NCBI GenBank assembly: GCA_037445145.1 | Contig: JBBILB010000003.1 | Span: forward strand, 976 to 64,975 | Direction of reading: 5' to 3' | Source: Candidatus Woesearchaeota archaeon | GTDB taxonomy: Archaea; Nanobdellota; Nanobdellia; Woesearchaeales; ARS49 | Length of the DNA stretch: 64,000 nt | Shown: positions 10,017 to 19,707 of the stretch, piece by piece | Position numbering within the stretch: the stretch's first letter is position 1 | Layout: every line of letters begins with the position of its first letter | Translations under genes and position numbers: made by a program | The notes under the pieces: model-generated | The model's input: the letters and a program-made list of their open reading frames with translations, nothing else | What the model was told of the DNA's origin: nothing | Database searches by the model: none

Positions 10017-10664
10017 ATGATGGCAAGCACAGGCAAGGCGCTTGAGGTCATTCAGATTCTCAGGAACACTTATCCAAATGCCAAGTATTACCTTAACTTC
10101 AGGACTCCCCTTGACCTTCTTGTTGCTGCAATACTCTCAGCACAAGTCAGGGACGAGGTTGTAAATGCAGCAACTGCTGAACTGTTCAAGCATTACAAGA
10201 AGGCAGAGGATTATGCAAAAGCGTCTGTTAATGACCTCCTGAAATATGTCGGTAAGGTTACTTTTGCCGGAAACAAGGCAAAAAACATCATTTCAGCTTG
10301 CAAGTTGCTCGTTGAAAAGCACAAGGGGCAGGTGCCGAAAACGATTGAGGAGCTTACAGAACTGCCCGGCATTGGAAGAAAGACGGCAATCGTGATTCTG
10401 ACAAATGCGTTTGGGATTGTTCCGGGAGTGGTTGTTGACACGCACGTAATCAGGATTGCATACAGGCTTGGGTGGACCAAACAAAAGAATCCTGAAAAAA
10501 TAGAGGAAGACCTCAACAGGCTAATTCCTGAAAAGCACTGGAAGGAAGTCCAGTGGCTTCTCAAGGCGCACGGAAGGGCAGTCTGCCAGGCGCCAATTCC
10601 TTACTGCTCAAAATGCCCTGTTGCAGGCCTTTGCCCAAAGACAGGCGTGACAAAGAAGTTCTAG
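10017..10664 (+). CDS. nth: Endonuclease III (DNA glycosylase/AP lyase)
   Basis: HhH-GPD motif LTELPGIGRKTAIVILTNAF, catalytic VDTHV, and a C-terminal 4Fe-4S cluster C-x6-C-x2-C-x5-C (CQAPIPYCSKCPVAGLC). Confidence 0.9.
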   Translation: MMASTGKALEVIQILRNTYPNAKYYLNFRTPLDLLVAAILSAQVRDEVVNAATAELFKHYKKAEDYAKASVNDLLKYVGKVTFAGNKAKNIISACKLLVEKHKGQVPKTIEELTELPGIGRKTAIVILTNAFGIVPGVVVDTHVIRIAYRLGWTKQKNPEKIEEDLNRLIPEKHWKEVQWLLKAHGRAVCQAPIPYCSKCPVAGLCPKTGVTKKF

Positions 10665-11185
10665 TGATTTTCCGCTATCTTGAAAAAAGTAGGAGAATAG
10701 CGGTTGAATGCTGCGACAATCATGAATCTTTTTTTCTCGTCTGCCCTGACATGCACTTCCTTAAGCCTGTTTTCAAAACATACAGAGTCAGGCACCAAAA
10801 GCAGTTCCTGAGGCTGATTGTCGAGCTCAATGCCAAGTATGCACCCTATTGGCGGGTTCTGAACGTGCTCCAGTGCAGTGCTGAAATTGCCGTAAAGCCT
10901 GACCGCATTAAGCCATTCTGTCTCTGAAGGCATGTTGGGTGTTTTTATCCTGATGTCAACAGGGTGCCTTATGCCTGCAACACGCATGGCAAGGTCTGAA
11001 AGCGATTCGTTCGGGCGAAGATACGACCCAACATAATCATCAAAGCGCCTCCTGTCATCAGGATTTCGGCTTTCCTGAAGCTTTTGCAAGCGCATAAGCT
11101 CGTAAAGGTAAGGGCAGAGAATTGTTCCGCGCTTGCTGACAGCCAGCATTACTTCAAGTGCGTCAGGATAATAGAAGAGCGTCAT
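10661..11185 (-). CDS. Hypothetical protein (174 aa), co-operonic with the GH15 gene
   Basis: The ATG at 11185 overlaps the GH15 stop (ATGA). The track ORF start at 11218 would overlap by 37 nt and is less likely. No family recognised. Confidence 0.5.
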   Translation of the reverse strand: MTLFYYPDALEVMLAVSKRGTILCPYLYELMRLQKLQESRNPDDRRRFDDYVGSYLRPNESLSDLAMRVAGIRHPVDIRIKTPNMPSETEWLNAVRLYGNFSTALEHVQNPPIGCILGIELDNQPQELLLVPDSVCFENRLKEVHVRADEKKRFMIVAAFNRYSPTFFKIAENH

Positions 11186-12174
11186 GCTGCAGCCACCACA
11201 AACAAGGATTGCGCCCATCCGAGAGGGGTATTCTCGTTGTGTTCTGAGGAATTTGCAAAATAAAGCTCAGGGAGCTCTCCTTTCTCGTTCATTGCCGCCT
11301 TTGTTTTCTCGAGGAAGAACCTGTGCTTGTTCAGTATTCCAAGCTGCTTGTAAATAATTGCGAGCCATGCAAGACCCATAGTCCACTCAGCCTCTCCATT
11401 CTTGTTGTAATACTTATCACCTGCGTAACGGATGACTCCTTTCTCACGGAGCAGCTTTTCTTCGACGTTCCTGAGGATTGTGTCGCGCTGCTTTTCATCG
11501 ACGATATTGTAAGGATAAATCAGCGAGAGCAGTGCAAGGTCGGTTTCCTTGGTTATTGACTCGCGCGGCAAAAGCTTGTTCAATGCTTCTTTTCCATTGT
11601 CAATCAGTATTTGAGGGACAACAACTATTCCCTTAACTGCCTGAAGCCCTGCAACACAGGCTCCAATGCTTGATGCGTGGACTTCCTCGTTTTCCTCCCA
11701 CATTCCGTTGTCAGCGTCGTGCCAGTACTCAATGGCTGCAAGATAGCTGACAAGCTTTTGCACGATGCGCTTGTCATCATCAGAAAGCGTTAATATGCCC
11801 TTTCTCACCAGTTCGCCTATTTTGAAGAGTATTGCGCCTATTGCGTCATTCTGCTTGTTTCCCCACTCTTCATTTATCTCGTCGCCAGTAACCGGGTCAT
11901 AACGTGCGTGGATGTAACGATAAGCAGCCTTTGGCATCGGCTCTTTTATCATCCAGTCAATCTTGTACTCGTGCTTTTTGAGAACTTCAAGGATTGCGCG
12001 GTATGTCTTCGCAACAGCATCATAATTGCCTGCAGCTTCAAGGCCAAGGGCCGCATAGACATTGTCCCTGAGCCATGCCCTGCTGTAGCCTGTTTTCACA
12101 GTCTGCGCAGCAGCTGCAAAAAGACCAGAAGGATACTGCAGCTTTTGCAAGAGTCTAACGCTGTTAAATATCAT
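11182..12174 (-). CDS. Glycoside hydrolase family 15-like protein (glucoamylase / phosphorylase-kinase alpha-beta type)
   Basis: Motifs WLRDNVYAA, WGNKQNDAIGAILF, NGMWEENEEVHASSIGACVAGL. Start moved to the ATG at 12174, which is preceded by gggggtg (SD-like). TATA catttatatac lies about 40 nt upstream. Confidence 0.8.
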   Translation of the reverse strand: MIFNSVRLLQKLQYPSGLFAAAAQTVKTGYSRAWLRDNVYAALGLEAAGNYDAVAKTYRAILEVLKKHEYKIDWMIKEPMPKAAYRYIHARYDPVTGDEINEEWGNKQNDAIGAILFKIGELVRKGILTLSDDDKRIVQKLVSYLAAIEYWHDADNGMWEENEEVHASSIGACVAGLQAVKGIVVVPQILIDNGKEALNKLLPRESITKETDLALLSLIYPYNIVDEKQRDTILRNVEEKLLREKGVIRYAGDKYYNKNGEAEWTMGLAWLAIIYKQLGILNKHRFFLEKTKAAMNEKGELPELYFANSSEHNENTPLGWAQSLFVVAAA

Positions 12175-12236
12175 AAGCACCCCCACGAATACACAATAAT
12201 ACGACGATTTAGTATATAAATGTTTCGGTATAATAA

Positions 12237-12261
12237 CCACTTATTAGTGACTACACATCTG
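12237..12261. promoter_or_regulatory. 25-nt upstream element, copy 1 (GH15 promoter)
   Basis: ccactTattagtgactacaCatCtg. 22 of 25 positions are identical to 20520-20544. It contains the 9-bp palindrome TAGTGACTA and lies just upstream of the TATA of a minus-strand gene. Confidence 0.6.
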
Positions 12262-12485
12262 AAACATCAGAATCTGCACGAGACAGGCGTTCCTGCGCTT
12301 TCTCATGGTGCGAAAAATTGCGCACGGCTTTTGGCAAGCCAGCGCGGCTCAAATCGGATTGTGTACGGATTGAGCTTGCAATCATTCGCATCTTGTCGGG
12401 ATGTAAGCATAACTGGTTTATGAAGGTACTTTGACTTTTCAGCATTTGTGAGCTTTGGCTTTACGAAAGGTTTATATATCAATAA

Positions 12486-12501
12486 TGGATAATATTATCC
12501 A
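12486..12501. promoter_or_regulatory. Perfect 16-bp palindrome between TATA and start of the wHTH-nucleotidyltransferase gene (putative operator)
   Basis: tggataatattatcca lies between TATA tttatatat (12471-12479) and the ATG at 12505. Confidence 0.55.
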
Positions 12502-12504
12502 ATT

Positions 12505-13080
12505 ATGGATAACAAGCTGAAGGTCATCAATTTCCTGGGAAAAAACGCTGAAACAGCCTTCACAATGCACGAGCTTAGCAAGCAGACAAAGATACCTTAC
12601 GCCACGTTTTACAGAACAATCAAAACAATGACTGACCTGATCGCTCTGACCAAAGCAGGAAAAGCCACCCTTGTCCAGCTTAACCAACAGAATCCTCTAA
12701 CAAAGCATTATCTCATCATATCTTCAAAAGAAGAAAAAGACGATTACGTCAAAAGACAGCCCATCGTCAAGAAAATTACTGGCGAATTGCCGCCTGGAAA
12801 ATACGCCGTGATATTGTTTGGCAGTTATGCCAAAGGCACGCAAACAGCCAAAAGCGACGTCGATATTCTCGTTATTAATGAAAAGGGAGAGCGAATACCA
12901 GATTTTTCCCGCTACGAAACAATCTTCAAGATGAGAATAAACCCAATCTATATCACGCCTGAAGAATTCACTGCAATGCTTAAGGAAAGTGAAGAGAATG
13001 TTGGAAAGCAAGCATTAAAAAACCACGTCATCCTGTACAACCCAGAACTGTTTTGGAACCTCGTCTATGGAATTCAATAA
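12505..13080 (+). CDS. Winged-helix + minimal nucleotidyltransferase (MNT) protein, antitoxin-like
   Basis: N-terminal wHTH. NTase motif ILFGSYAKGTQTAKSDVDILVI (GS-x9-11-DxD). It overlaps the HEPN gene by 14 nt. Confidence 0.8.
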   Translation: MDNKLKVINFLGKNAETAFTMHELSKQTKIPYATFYRTIKTMTDLIALTKAGKATLVQLNQQNPLTKHYLIISSKEEKDDYVKRQPIVKKITGELPPGKYAVILFGSYAKGTQTAKSDVDILVINEKGERIPDFSRYETIFKMRINPIYITPEEFTAMLKESEENVGKQALKNHVILYNPELFWNLVYGIQ

Positions 13081-13483
13081 AACACACTACAAGGACGAAT
13101 TTAAAAGATTGCTCGCTGAAGGAGATATTCGCAAGTCCAATGAATTGTTCAAAATCAAGCTGTTCTTGAAGAAAGGAGAAAACAGCTTATTGATTGCCAA
13201 GTTCATCAAGGACATCAATCCCTCGACGGGACAGCCAGACAAACTGTACTGGAATTACTGGGCAATCACCATCAGCTATTACTCAATGCTGTACGCCGCG
13301 AAAGCAGCCATCCAAAGCAAAGGCTACGACACAAAAGACCACTATTCAGCACAAATCGCCCTCGGACACTTACTCGTTCCCGACAAGATCGAGCAAGAAG
13401 ACTTGAAATTACTAGAACAAGCCCACAAAATCTTTGAGGACGAATACGTCAAATACTTCTCACAGCACAGAAAATCAGTTTGA
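13067..13483 (+). CDS. HEPN-domain protein (partner of MNT), possibly C-terminally truncated
   Basis: All-helical 138 aa with a HEPN-like core (ITISYYSMLYAAKAAIQSKGY). It ends ...FSQHRKSV, at the position where the R-x4-6-H motif would be expected. Confidence 0.65.
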   Translation: MEFNKTHYKDEFKRLLAEGDIRKSNELFKIKLFLKKGENSLLIAKFIKDINPSTGQPDKLYWNYWAITISYYSMLYAAKAAIQSKGYDTKDHYSAQIALGHLLVPDKIEQEDLKLLEQAHKIFEDEYVKYFSQHRKSV

Positions 13484-13535
13484 TTTTACTCACAATTCTT
13501 CTAGTTTTATAAATACCACGTTATAAACAAAAGAT

Positions 13536-14516
13536 ATGCCGCAATACTGCCTTGGGATTGAAAGCACAGCGCACACATTTGGGATAGGCATTGCCTCTTT
13601 TGACGGCAAAATACTGGCAAATGCCAAAAGCACTTTTACAACCGAAAAGGGTGGGATGATTCCGAACGAGGTCGCAAAGCATCACGAAAAAGCCAGGCAA
13701 AAAGTCCTTGCTGAAGCCCTTAAAGAGGCAGGAATCAGCATTGAAAAAATAGCCCTCATTGCCTATTCAAGGGGTCCTGGCTTGACTCCTGCAATACTCG
13801 CTGTTGGGCAGAAAATGGCGGTTGAGCTGGCAAAAAAGCTCAATGTCCCAATCGTCGGGGTAGACCATTCTGTAGCCCACTTAAGCATAGGCAATCTCGT
13901 GACAGGAGCAAAAGATCCTGTTTACCTGTACGTTTCAGGACCGAATACGCAAGTCATTGCGCTTGCCGGCGGCAGGTACAGGATTTTCGGCGAGACTCTG
14001 GATATTGGGCTTGGAAATTTGCTTGACAAGTTTGCCCGCGATGCAGGGCTCGGCTTCCCCGGCGGACCGAAAATAGAGGAACTGGCAAAGGGTGGAAAAT
14101 ATGTCGAGCTTCCTTATGCTGTCAAGGGCATGGATGTCAGCTTTTCAGGAATCCTGACAAAAGCAGAGCATTTGCTAAAGAAAGGGACATCGGTAAATGA
14201 CATTTGCTTTTCATTGCAGGAGACCTGCTTTGCAATGCTCGCAGAAGTGGCAGAAAGGGCAATTGCGCACACAGGCAAAAAAGAGCTTTTGCTTATCGGC
14301 GGTGTGGCGGCAAACAAAAGACTGAAAGAAATGCTCGACAAAATGTGCTCAGCAAGAGGGGCGAAATTCTATGCAGTGCCATTGGAATACTCAGGAGACC
14401 AAGGAGCAATGATTGCCTGGCAGGGAATACTCCAGCAAAAAGACGCGGCCACACCAGAAAAAGCTGCCATTCTGCCCCACGAAAGGATAGATGAAGTGGA
14501 AGTGAATTGGGTATAG
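13536..14516 (+). CDS. kae1: tRNA N6-adenosine threonylcarbamoyltransferase Kae1
   Basis: CLGIESTAHTFGIGI..., HHEKA, VGVDHSVAHL. ASKHA-fold Kae1/OSGEP pattern, not fused to Bud32. Confidence 0.9.
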   Translation: MPQYCLGIESTAHTFGIGIASFDGKILANAKSTFTTEKGGMIPNEVAKHHEKARQKVLAEALKEAGISIEKIALIAYSRGPGLTPAILAVGQKMAVELAKKLNVPIVGVDHSVAHLSIGNLVTGAKDPVYLYVSGPNTQVIALAGGRYRIFGETLDIGLGNLLDKFARDAGLGFPGGPKIEELAKGGKYVELPYAVKGMDVSFSGILTKAEHLLKKGTSVNDICFSLQETCFAMLAEVAERAIAHTGKKELLLIGGVAANKRLKEMLDKMCSARGAKFYAVPLEYSGDQGAMIAWQGILQQKDAATPEKAAILPHERIDEVEVNWV

Positions 14517-14546
14517 ACAAAGCCGTGTCTAACACAAAAAAATTGC

Positions 14547-14846
14547 TTACCACCAACCCCATTTCTTCCTGGCTGGCTTTTTTCTCGCTTTTTTTGCAGG
14601 CCTTGCTTTTGCCCTCTTGGCTTTTGGCGATTTCTTTGCCTTTTTTGTCTTGGCAGGTTTTGCCTTCTTTGCCGCTGCCGGACGAACTGCTGCTGCAGGA
14701 GCCTCCACAGGCGTGAAAGGCTCAAAGACCAAGCCGCAGTCCTTGCAAATAATCTGGTCGCGCATTGCGCTGTGCACGATGTTCTCAGACGCGCAGTCAG
14801 GGCATTCGGTTACGCCCTGCAAATGGTCGTCAGTTTCTTTCCCCAT
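14547..14846 (-). CDS. TFIIB-type zinc-ribbon protein with Lys/Ala/Pro-rich basic tail
   Basis: Start placed at MGKETDD (14846) with TATA tttttatacc about 27 nt upstream. CPDCASENIV-x10-CKDCGLVFE matches the TFB N-terminal Zn ribbon. The tail is AAKKAKPAKTKKAKKSPKAKRAKARPAKKARKKPARKK. No cyclin folds. Confidence 0.7.
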   Translation of the reverse strand: MGKETDDHLQGVTECPDCASENIVHSAMRDQIICKDCGLVFEPFTPVEAPAAAVRPAAAKKAKPAKTKKAKKSPKAKRAKARPAKKARKKPARKKWGWW

Positions 14847-14924
14847 AAAGCGCGGGGCTTGCAGGCAGGTATAAAAATGTTGCGGAAAAGAAAACCGCAT
14901 CAGGCAATAGCGGCTGAATGCAGG

Positions 14925-16781
14925 TTATCTTTTCTTAACCTTGCCAGCCAATGCCTCTTCAAGAACCTCAGAAATTGATTCTACGGGAATAATCCTTATC
15001 TTATCAAGCCTCTTTTTGTCAACAACTATGTCCTGAATATTGCTCTTCGGCACAATGACACGCTTTAAGCCAGCATCTATTGCCGCCTCCACTTTTGCAC
15101 TGACACCGCCAACTGGCAAGACTTCCCCCCTGACTGACAATGAGCCGGTCATTGCAGTGTCCTGCCTTACAGGGGTGCGTGTTAATGCGGATATGATGGA
15201 CGTAGCAACAGCTATGGACGCACTGTCACCCTCAACACCCTCATAAGTCTGCAAAAACTGCACGTGAATGTCATAATTCTTTATGTCTTTCCCAAATCGC
15301 CCTTTTATGATTGCAGAAACATTCTTCACCGCCTCTTTTGCTATTTCGCCGAGCTTTCCTGTGGCAATAATCTCCTTCTCCTTGCCGCCAGGCGTTACTT
15401 CTGACTCTATCGGCAAGATAATTCCTGAGTAAGAGCCCCCTCCGCCAATGACTGCCAAGCCATTCACCCTTCCAACCTGCTTTCCTTCTGTGACAATAAC
15501 GTCGTATTCCTTTTTGCGCTCTATGAACTTGTCTGCAATTTGCTGTTCCAGAGTCCTTGCAATCTTCTTGGCCTCCTTGACGTGAACGACATCAACAAAT
15601 TTTGCCTTCTGCTCCAAAGCCAAATCACCTGCTGCGCGGATAAGCCCTCCAAGCTCACGGAGCCGCAAAGTCAGGGAGTTCTTCCTGTTTGCCATCTTCC
15701 TCGCTTCCTCAACTATAACGTCGACAGCGGCTTTTGTGAAGTGTGGTATTTTCCTGTCCTTAACAACCTCCTGCGCGACAAACCTTGCAATCTTAAGCCT
15801 GTTTTGAGGGGTGTCAGGCATTGTGTCCTTCATGAAAACCTCATAGCCATAACCCCTTATCCTTGACCTCAACGCAGGGTGCATATGGCTTATTGTCTCT
15901 ACATTTCCTGCTGCGACAAGGATGAAGTTGCACGGCACTGGCTCTGTGCGGACCATTGCCCCAGAGCTCCTCTCAGACTGTCCTGTAATGGAATACTTGC
16001 CCTCCTGCAGGGCAGTCAATAATTCCTGCTGCGTGGCTGGCTGCAAGGTAGCTATCTCATCAATAAAAAGCACGCCCATGTTCGCCTTGTGAATCATTCC
16101 CGCAACAACACGCTCATGCGCGGGAGTGCCAAGACCGCCTGACTGCAACGGGTCGTGCAAAACATCGCCAAGCAAGGCTCCTGCATGGGCACCTGTCGCG
16201 TCCCAGAACGGAGCGGTCTTCCTGCCAAAATTATCCACGATTACCTTAGGAACCTCAATCTTTTGCTGGGGGTTTATGCGCCTGCCAAGGCTTATTATTA
16301 TGGCAATACCTAGGATAAAGACTATTCCTGTAATCATTGAGGCAGCATAAACAACAGGACTGTCAAACGGAAACAACTTTTTTGCATACAAATAATAAGG
16401 GATAAGCGAGATAATAATCGCGAGCACCAGCAAAAACCAGTTTGTCCCTCCAAGGGCACCCATTGAATGCATCCTGCTCCTTGCAACAACATCCCTGCCC
16501 TTTCCTGCAGGAACTACCCTTATCAGAGGCTGGTTCTCATCATTAGGATTAGGCAAAGCAAGGACATCAACAAGCTTTTCCTTGGGCAACAACTCAGCCA
16601 AGGCAAGCCCGAGCATTGACTTTCCAGTGCCAGGCTCGCCAATAAGCAAAACATGCCTTCTCTGCATTGCTGCCTTGCGGATGACCTCAACAGCAGCATC
16701 CTGGCCGATGACCTGATCCACTATGCGCTCAGGGACTTTCAGGTCTGCAGTGGTTTTGAAATCAGCAGAATTTTTTGCCAT
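14925..16781 (-). CDS. lon: Archaeal membrane-bound Lon protease (LonB)
   Basis: Walker [12 protein letters not shown], a TM insertion inside the AAA+ domain ([18 protein letters not shown]...), and a C-terminal Lon protease domain (GDSASIAV..., Ser-Lys dyad region). Confidence 0.9.
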   Translation of the reverse strand: MAKNSADFKTTADLKVPERIVDQVIGQDAAVEVIRKAAMQRRHVLLIGEPGTGKSMLGLALAELLPKEKLVDVLALPNPNDENQPLIRVVPAGKGRDVVARSRMHSMGALGGTNWFLLVLAIIISLIPYYLYAKKLFPFDSPVVYAASMITGIVFILGIAIIISLGRRINPQQKIEVPKVIVDNFGRKTAPFWDATGAHAGALLGDVLHDPLQSGGLGTPAHERVVAGMIHKANMGVLFIDEIATLQPATQQELLTALQEGKYSITGQSERSSGAMVRTEPVPCNFILVAAGNVETISHMHPALRSRIRGYGYEVFMKDTMPDTPQNRLKIARFVAQEVVKDRKIPHFTKAAVDVIVEEARKMANRKNSLTLRLRELGGLIRAAGDLALEQKAKFVDVVHVKEAKKIARTLEQQIADKFIERKKEYDVIVTEGKQVGRVNGLAVIGGGGSYSGIILPIESEVTPGGKEKEIIATGKLGEIAKEAVKNVSAIIKGRFGKDIKNYDIHVQFLQTYEGVEGDSASIAVATSIISALTRTPVRQDTAMTGSLSVRGEVLPVGGVSAKVEAAIDAGLKRVIVPKSNIQDIVVDKKRLDKIRIIPVESISEVLEEALAGKVKKR

Positions 16782-16910
16782 CGCCCTTATCGAGCCACTT
16801 GTGGTTTATAAAGGTTTACAAATGATGGTTTAACTTTTTTACAGTAGTAAAAAAAAAGAAAAGTTTATATGTTGGTGTAATATTATAAATAATAATTCAC
16901 GGGGGAAACC

Positions 16911-18215
16911 ATGAAACTTGAAGACAGCGTGAATGCAGCATACAACCAACCAGAATACAACACAGACAAAATGACTTCAGTCGTAATTCTCAGCATGAAC
17001 CGCTTGCAGGACCTGAAAGCAAACATCAACAGCCTCTACAAACACACAAAACTTCCTTTCGAGGTTATTATTTTCGACAATGGCTCAACACAAAAGGAAG
17101 TAAGAGAATATCTCAAAAAAATCAACGGAAAAACAAAAAGAGACTGTAATGGAAGAATAAAGGTAATTCTCAACGACAAAAACATAGGTTGTAGTGGAGG
17201 AAGAAGAGAAGCAATAAGGCACGTATCACAACTCTCTTCATACATAGCCACGATTGACAATGACATAACTTACACAAAAGGATGGCTTGAGGAACTAATC
17301 AAAGCTGTTGAACAAGATGAGCGTATAGCAGCCGCGTGCAGCAAGGTCATACTTCCTGAGGGAGACATCCAGCTTACAGGCGGTAAAATAGAGTTAAAAG
17401 ATAACTATTACGCATCATTCAAGCAAGTAAATGAAGGCAAAAGATGGAACGACCCTTCAACTTATGAACAGCATGACTGCGACTGGCTCCCAGGCGGAGC
17501 AATGCTCATCAAAAAAATTGTTGCAAAAACGATTGAGCACGAACAAGGATACCTGAACGGTTTTGAAGACTATGATTATTCTCTACAATTACGAAAGAAA
17601 AAATACAGGCTTGTCAGCGCACCAAAAAGCATTCTAATACACCACCACATACATCGCGACCGACAAAAACAAGAAAAGGAAAAAGAATACCTCAAGCACC
17701 GTTGGAACCACAAACTCACATTTGAGTCAATGTTGCTTTTTTTGGAACGCACAGGACTCAACCTTGTCAAAGACACAACGTTTTACGGACACAACTGGCA
17801 GGGCGCAAAAGACTTCCTTGAACAATACCCAGAAGAACAAGCAAGCATGCTTGCGCCATATGAAAGCATGTCAGATGATGACCTCAAGAAGCACTTTGAC
17901 AGGCTTCTTAATATCAGGAAAGAACGCAGAAAAGCGCCACCACTTGAACAATTGTTTTATTACCACCACAACACATTCGCCCAATGTTTTGAACAATACA
18001 ACCTTAAAAATCTCGCAAGCCACATCGCGTGGTTATTGCATAATAACAAGAAAAATCTTGAGGAATTGCTTGTTCAGGAACTCTTACGGCACGGCGTTGT
18101 TCGCGACAAAGAAAAAGTCAGAGTGCTTGCTCGTGAACTTGCAAGAAAATACGCAATAATATGCAGCATGAACGCAAATGATGTTGGAAGAATAATCAAG
18201 GAATTGCAACAATGA
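16911..18215 (+). CDS. Family 2 glycosyltransferase with long C-terminal helical extension
   Basis: VVILSMNRLQDLKANINSL...EVIIFDNGS...ATIDNDI (GT-A, DxD). About 190 aa of extra C-terminal sequence has no recognised family. Confidence 0.8.
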   Translation: MKLEDSVNAAYNQPEYNTDKMTSVVILSMNRLQDLKANINSLYKHTKLPFEVIIFDNGSTQKEVREYLKKINGKTKRDCNGRIKVILNDKNIGCSGGRREAIRHVSQLSSYIATIDNDITYTKGWLEELIKAVEQDERIAAACSKVILPEGDIQLTGGKIELKDNYYASFKQVNEGKRWNDPSTYEQHDCDWLPGGAMLIKKIVAKTIEHEQGYLNGFEDYDYSLQLRKKKYRLVSAPKSILIHHHIHRDRQKQEKEKEYLKHRWNHKLTFESMLLFLERTGLNLVKDTTFYGHNWQGAKDFLEQYPEEQASMLAPYESMSDDDLKKHFDRLLNIRKERRKAPPLEQLFYYHHNTFAQCFEQYNLKNLASHIAWLLHNNKKNLEELLVQELLRHGVVRDKEKVRVLARELARKYAIICSMNANDVGRIIKELQQ

Positions 18216-18220
18216 CAATC

Positions 18221-18769
18221 TTATTCTAAAGGCAAAGGTCCATAAGGTCCTGGAGGCACAGGACCTGGCTTTGGCGGCTTCTTTTTTTCCGGCTTCTGAC
18301 TAAGCACCCAGTAAACAACAACTATGGCAATATAGGCTGCAATCATCAATGGCATTATCATCCTGTACGCAGTATCAGGATAAAGCACACCTGCCATTAC
18401 CAATACTTCGAGGAAAACAAACGAAAGCAGGACAAGCGCAATGTACATGAAGATGGTGTGGTAGCGCCCCCTGAGCCCGAGGAACGAGAACAATATCCCG
18501 AGAAAAATAAAAGCAAGGAGCAAGAGCGCAATGTAGCGGACAAGCCACGTGACAACCTCCAAAGCCTGCATCATAACGAGCACAAAAAACGCAAGCACAA
18601 AAGCAACCATTGCGTTGTAATTTGTATTCGGATTGCCCTTTGCGTCAACACCAAGAACCCTGCTCTTCTGCAGGACAGCAAAAACAACAGTAAAGACAAG
18701 AATAAATGGTAGGATTACGTCAGTAAGCCCAATCTGCTCCATTGCCACCAAAACATCCCTTAACGCCAT
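18221..18769 (-). CDS. Multi-pass membrane protein with Pro-rich C-terminal tail
   Basis: About 5 hydrophobic helices. The tail is KKKPPKPGPVPPGPYGPLPLE. It is the last gene of the cyclase-nuclease operon. Confidence 0.6.
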   Translation of the reverse strand: MALRDVLVAMEQIGLTDVILPFILVFTVVFAVLQKSRVLGVDAKGNPNTNYNAMVAFVLAFFVLVMMQALEVVTWLVRYIALLLLAFIFLGILFSFLGLRGRYHTIFMYIALVLLSFVFLEVLVMAGVLYPDTAYRMIMPLMIAAYIAIVVVYWVLSQKPEKKKPPKPGPVPPGPYGPLPLE

Positions 18770-18800
18770 ATTTAGGGCAGCTTGTTATTAAGTATAAAAA

Positions 18801-19652
18801 TTATTCTTCTGCCTTCCTGACCAATGAGGCTTCGCTTACAAAACTTTCTTCAGGGTGCTCGTCAAAAGGCCTGCAAATGTCAAAGAAGTCACACTGTCCT
18901 GTGGACCATTTGCACAGCCTGCTGGGGCTTCTCGGGTAGTCCTTTATTTTGTCAGACTGCGTGCGGGCGTGTATTAATCCTATCTCTCGCCTTGCAAGCT
19001 CAAGCAGTGACTGATCAACATCAATAAACTTCGGCCTGTCTTTCAGGAAATAAATCCCTGCCTTATCAGGGAGCTTTCCGTGCTTTTCATGGTAAAGCAG
19101 GGTATAAATCGCCAACTGCAGCCGGTACTCCTCCTCATCGCTATGACTGCTTGTCTTGTAGTCCATAATCCTGACCTGGCCGTCATAACACTCAATCGCA
19201 TCAATAATCCCCTTTGCCTGCAGTGTGTCACTCTTGATTAATTCCTCCCGTATTGGCGTTAGCTTTGCAAAACGCTCAGGAAAAGAGCCCTCTATTGTAT
19301 AGACCTTCCTTACAAAGTGGTTCAGCCAGTTAAGGAGCATCAATAATGTGTCCTCGAAATAAAACCGCCTTTGCGCAGGCGTTAATCCCAATGATTTCAG
19401 CTTTGCATCTGCCTTGTTCCATTCCTTCAAAAGCAAATCCTGCATTATTTCCATCAGGCCGAGCTCAAAAGAGTCAAGAGTCAGCCCGGAAATATCCTGA
19501 TCAAAAAAGGATTCAAGGACAGAATGCGCAATGTTGCCCCTTACTTGGTGGACATTCGGCTTTGTCTCCAACTGCTCAATATACTGATAATAATACTTTC
19601 TCGGACACTGCTTGAAACAACTTATTGAGCTTGGACTCTCCACACGAGGCAT
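18801..19652 (-). CDS. PD-(D/E)XK nuclease, Cas4/RecB-like with Cys cluster
   Basis: N-terminal SISCFKQCPRKYYYQY. Core IDAIECYDGQVRIMDYKTS (D...D-x-K). LQLAIYTLLY. C-terminal CKWSTGQCDFFDIC. Confidence 0.75.
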   Translation of the reverse strand: MPRVESPSSISCFKQCPRKYYYQYIEQLETKPNVHQVRGNIAHSVLESFFDQDISGLTLDSFELGLMEIMQDLLLKEWNKADAKLKSLGLTPAQRRFYFEDTLLMLLNWLNHFVRKVYTIEGSFPERFAKLTPIREELIKSDTLQAKGIIDAIECYDGQVRIMDYKTSSHSDEEEYRLQLAIYTLLYHEKHGKLPDKAGIYFLKDRPKFIDVDQSLLELARREIGLIHARTQSDKIKDYPRSPSRLCKWSTGQCDFFDICRPFDEHPEESFVSEASLVRKAEE

Positions 19653-19707
19653 TCACAAAAGGCAAACAAGGGTGTTTATATGCTTTGTGCAAGAACGTCC
19701 AGTGGAA

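Noticed and set aside
12220-12445. Small ORFs 12220-12423 (+) and 12251-12445 (-) between the GH15 and MNT genes.
   Set aside because: They overlap each other and the promoter/25-nt element region. No family features. The region is treated as regulatory intergenic DNA.
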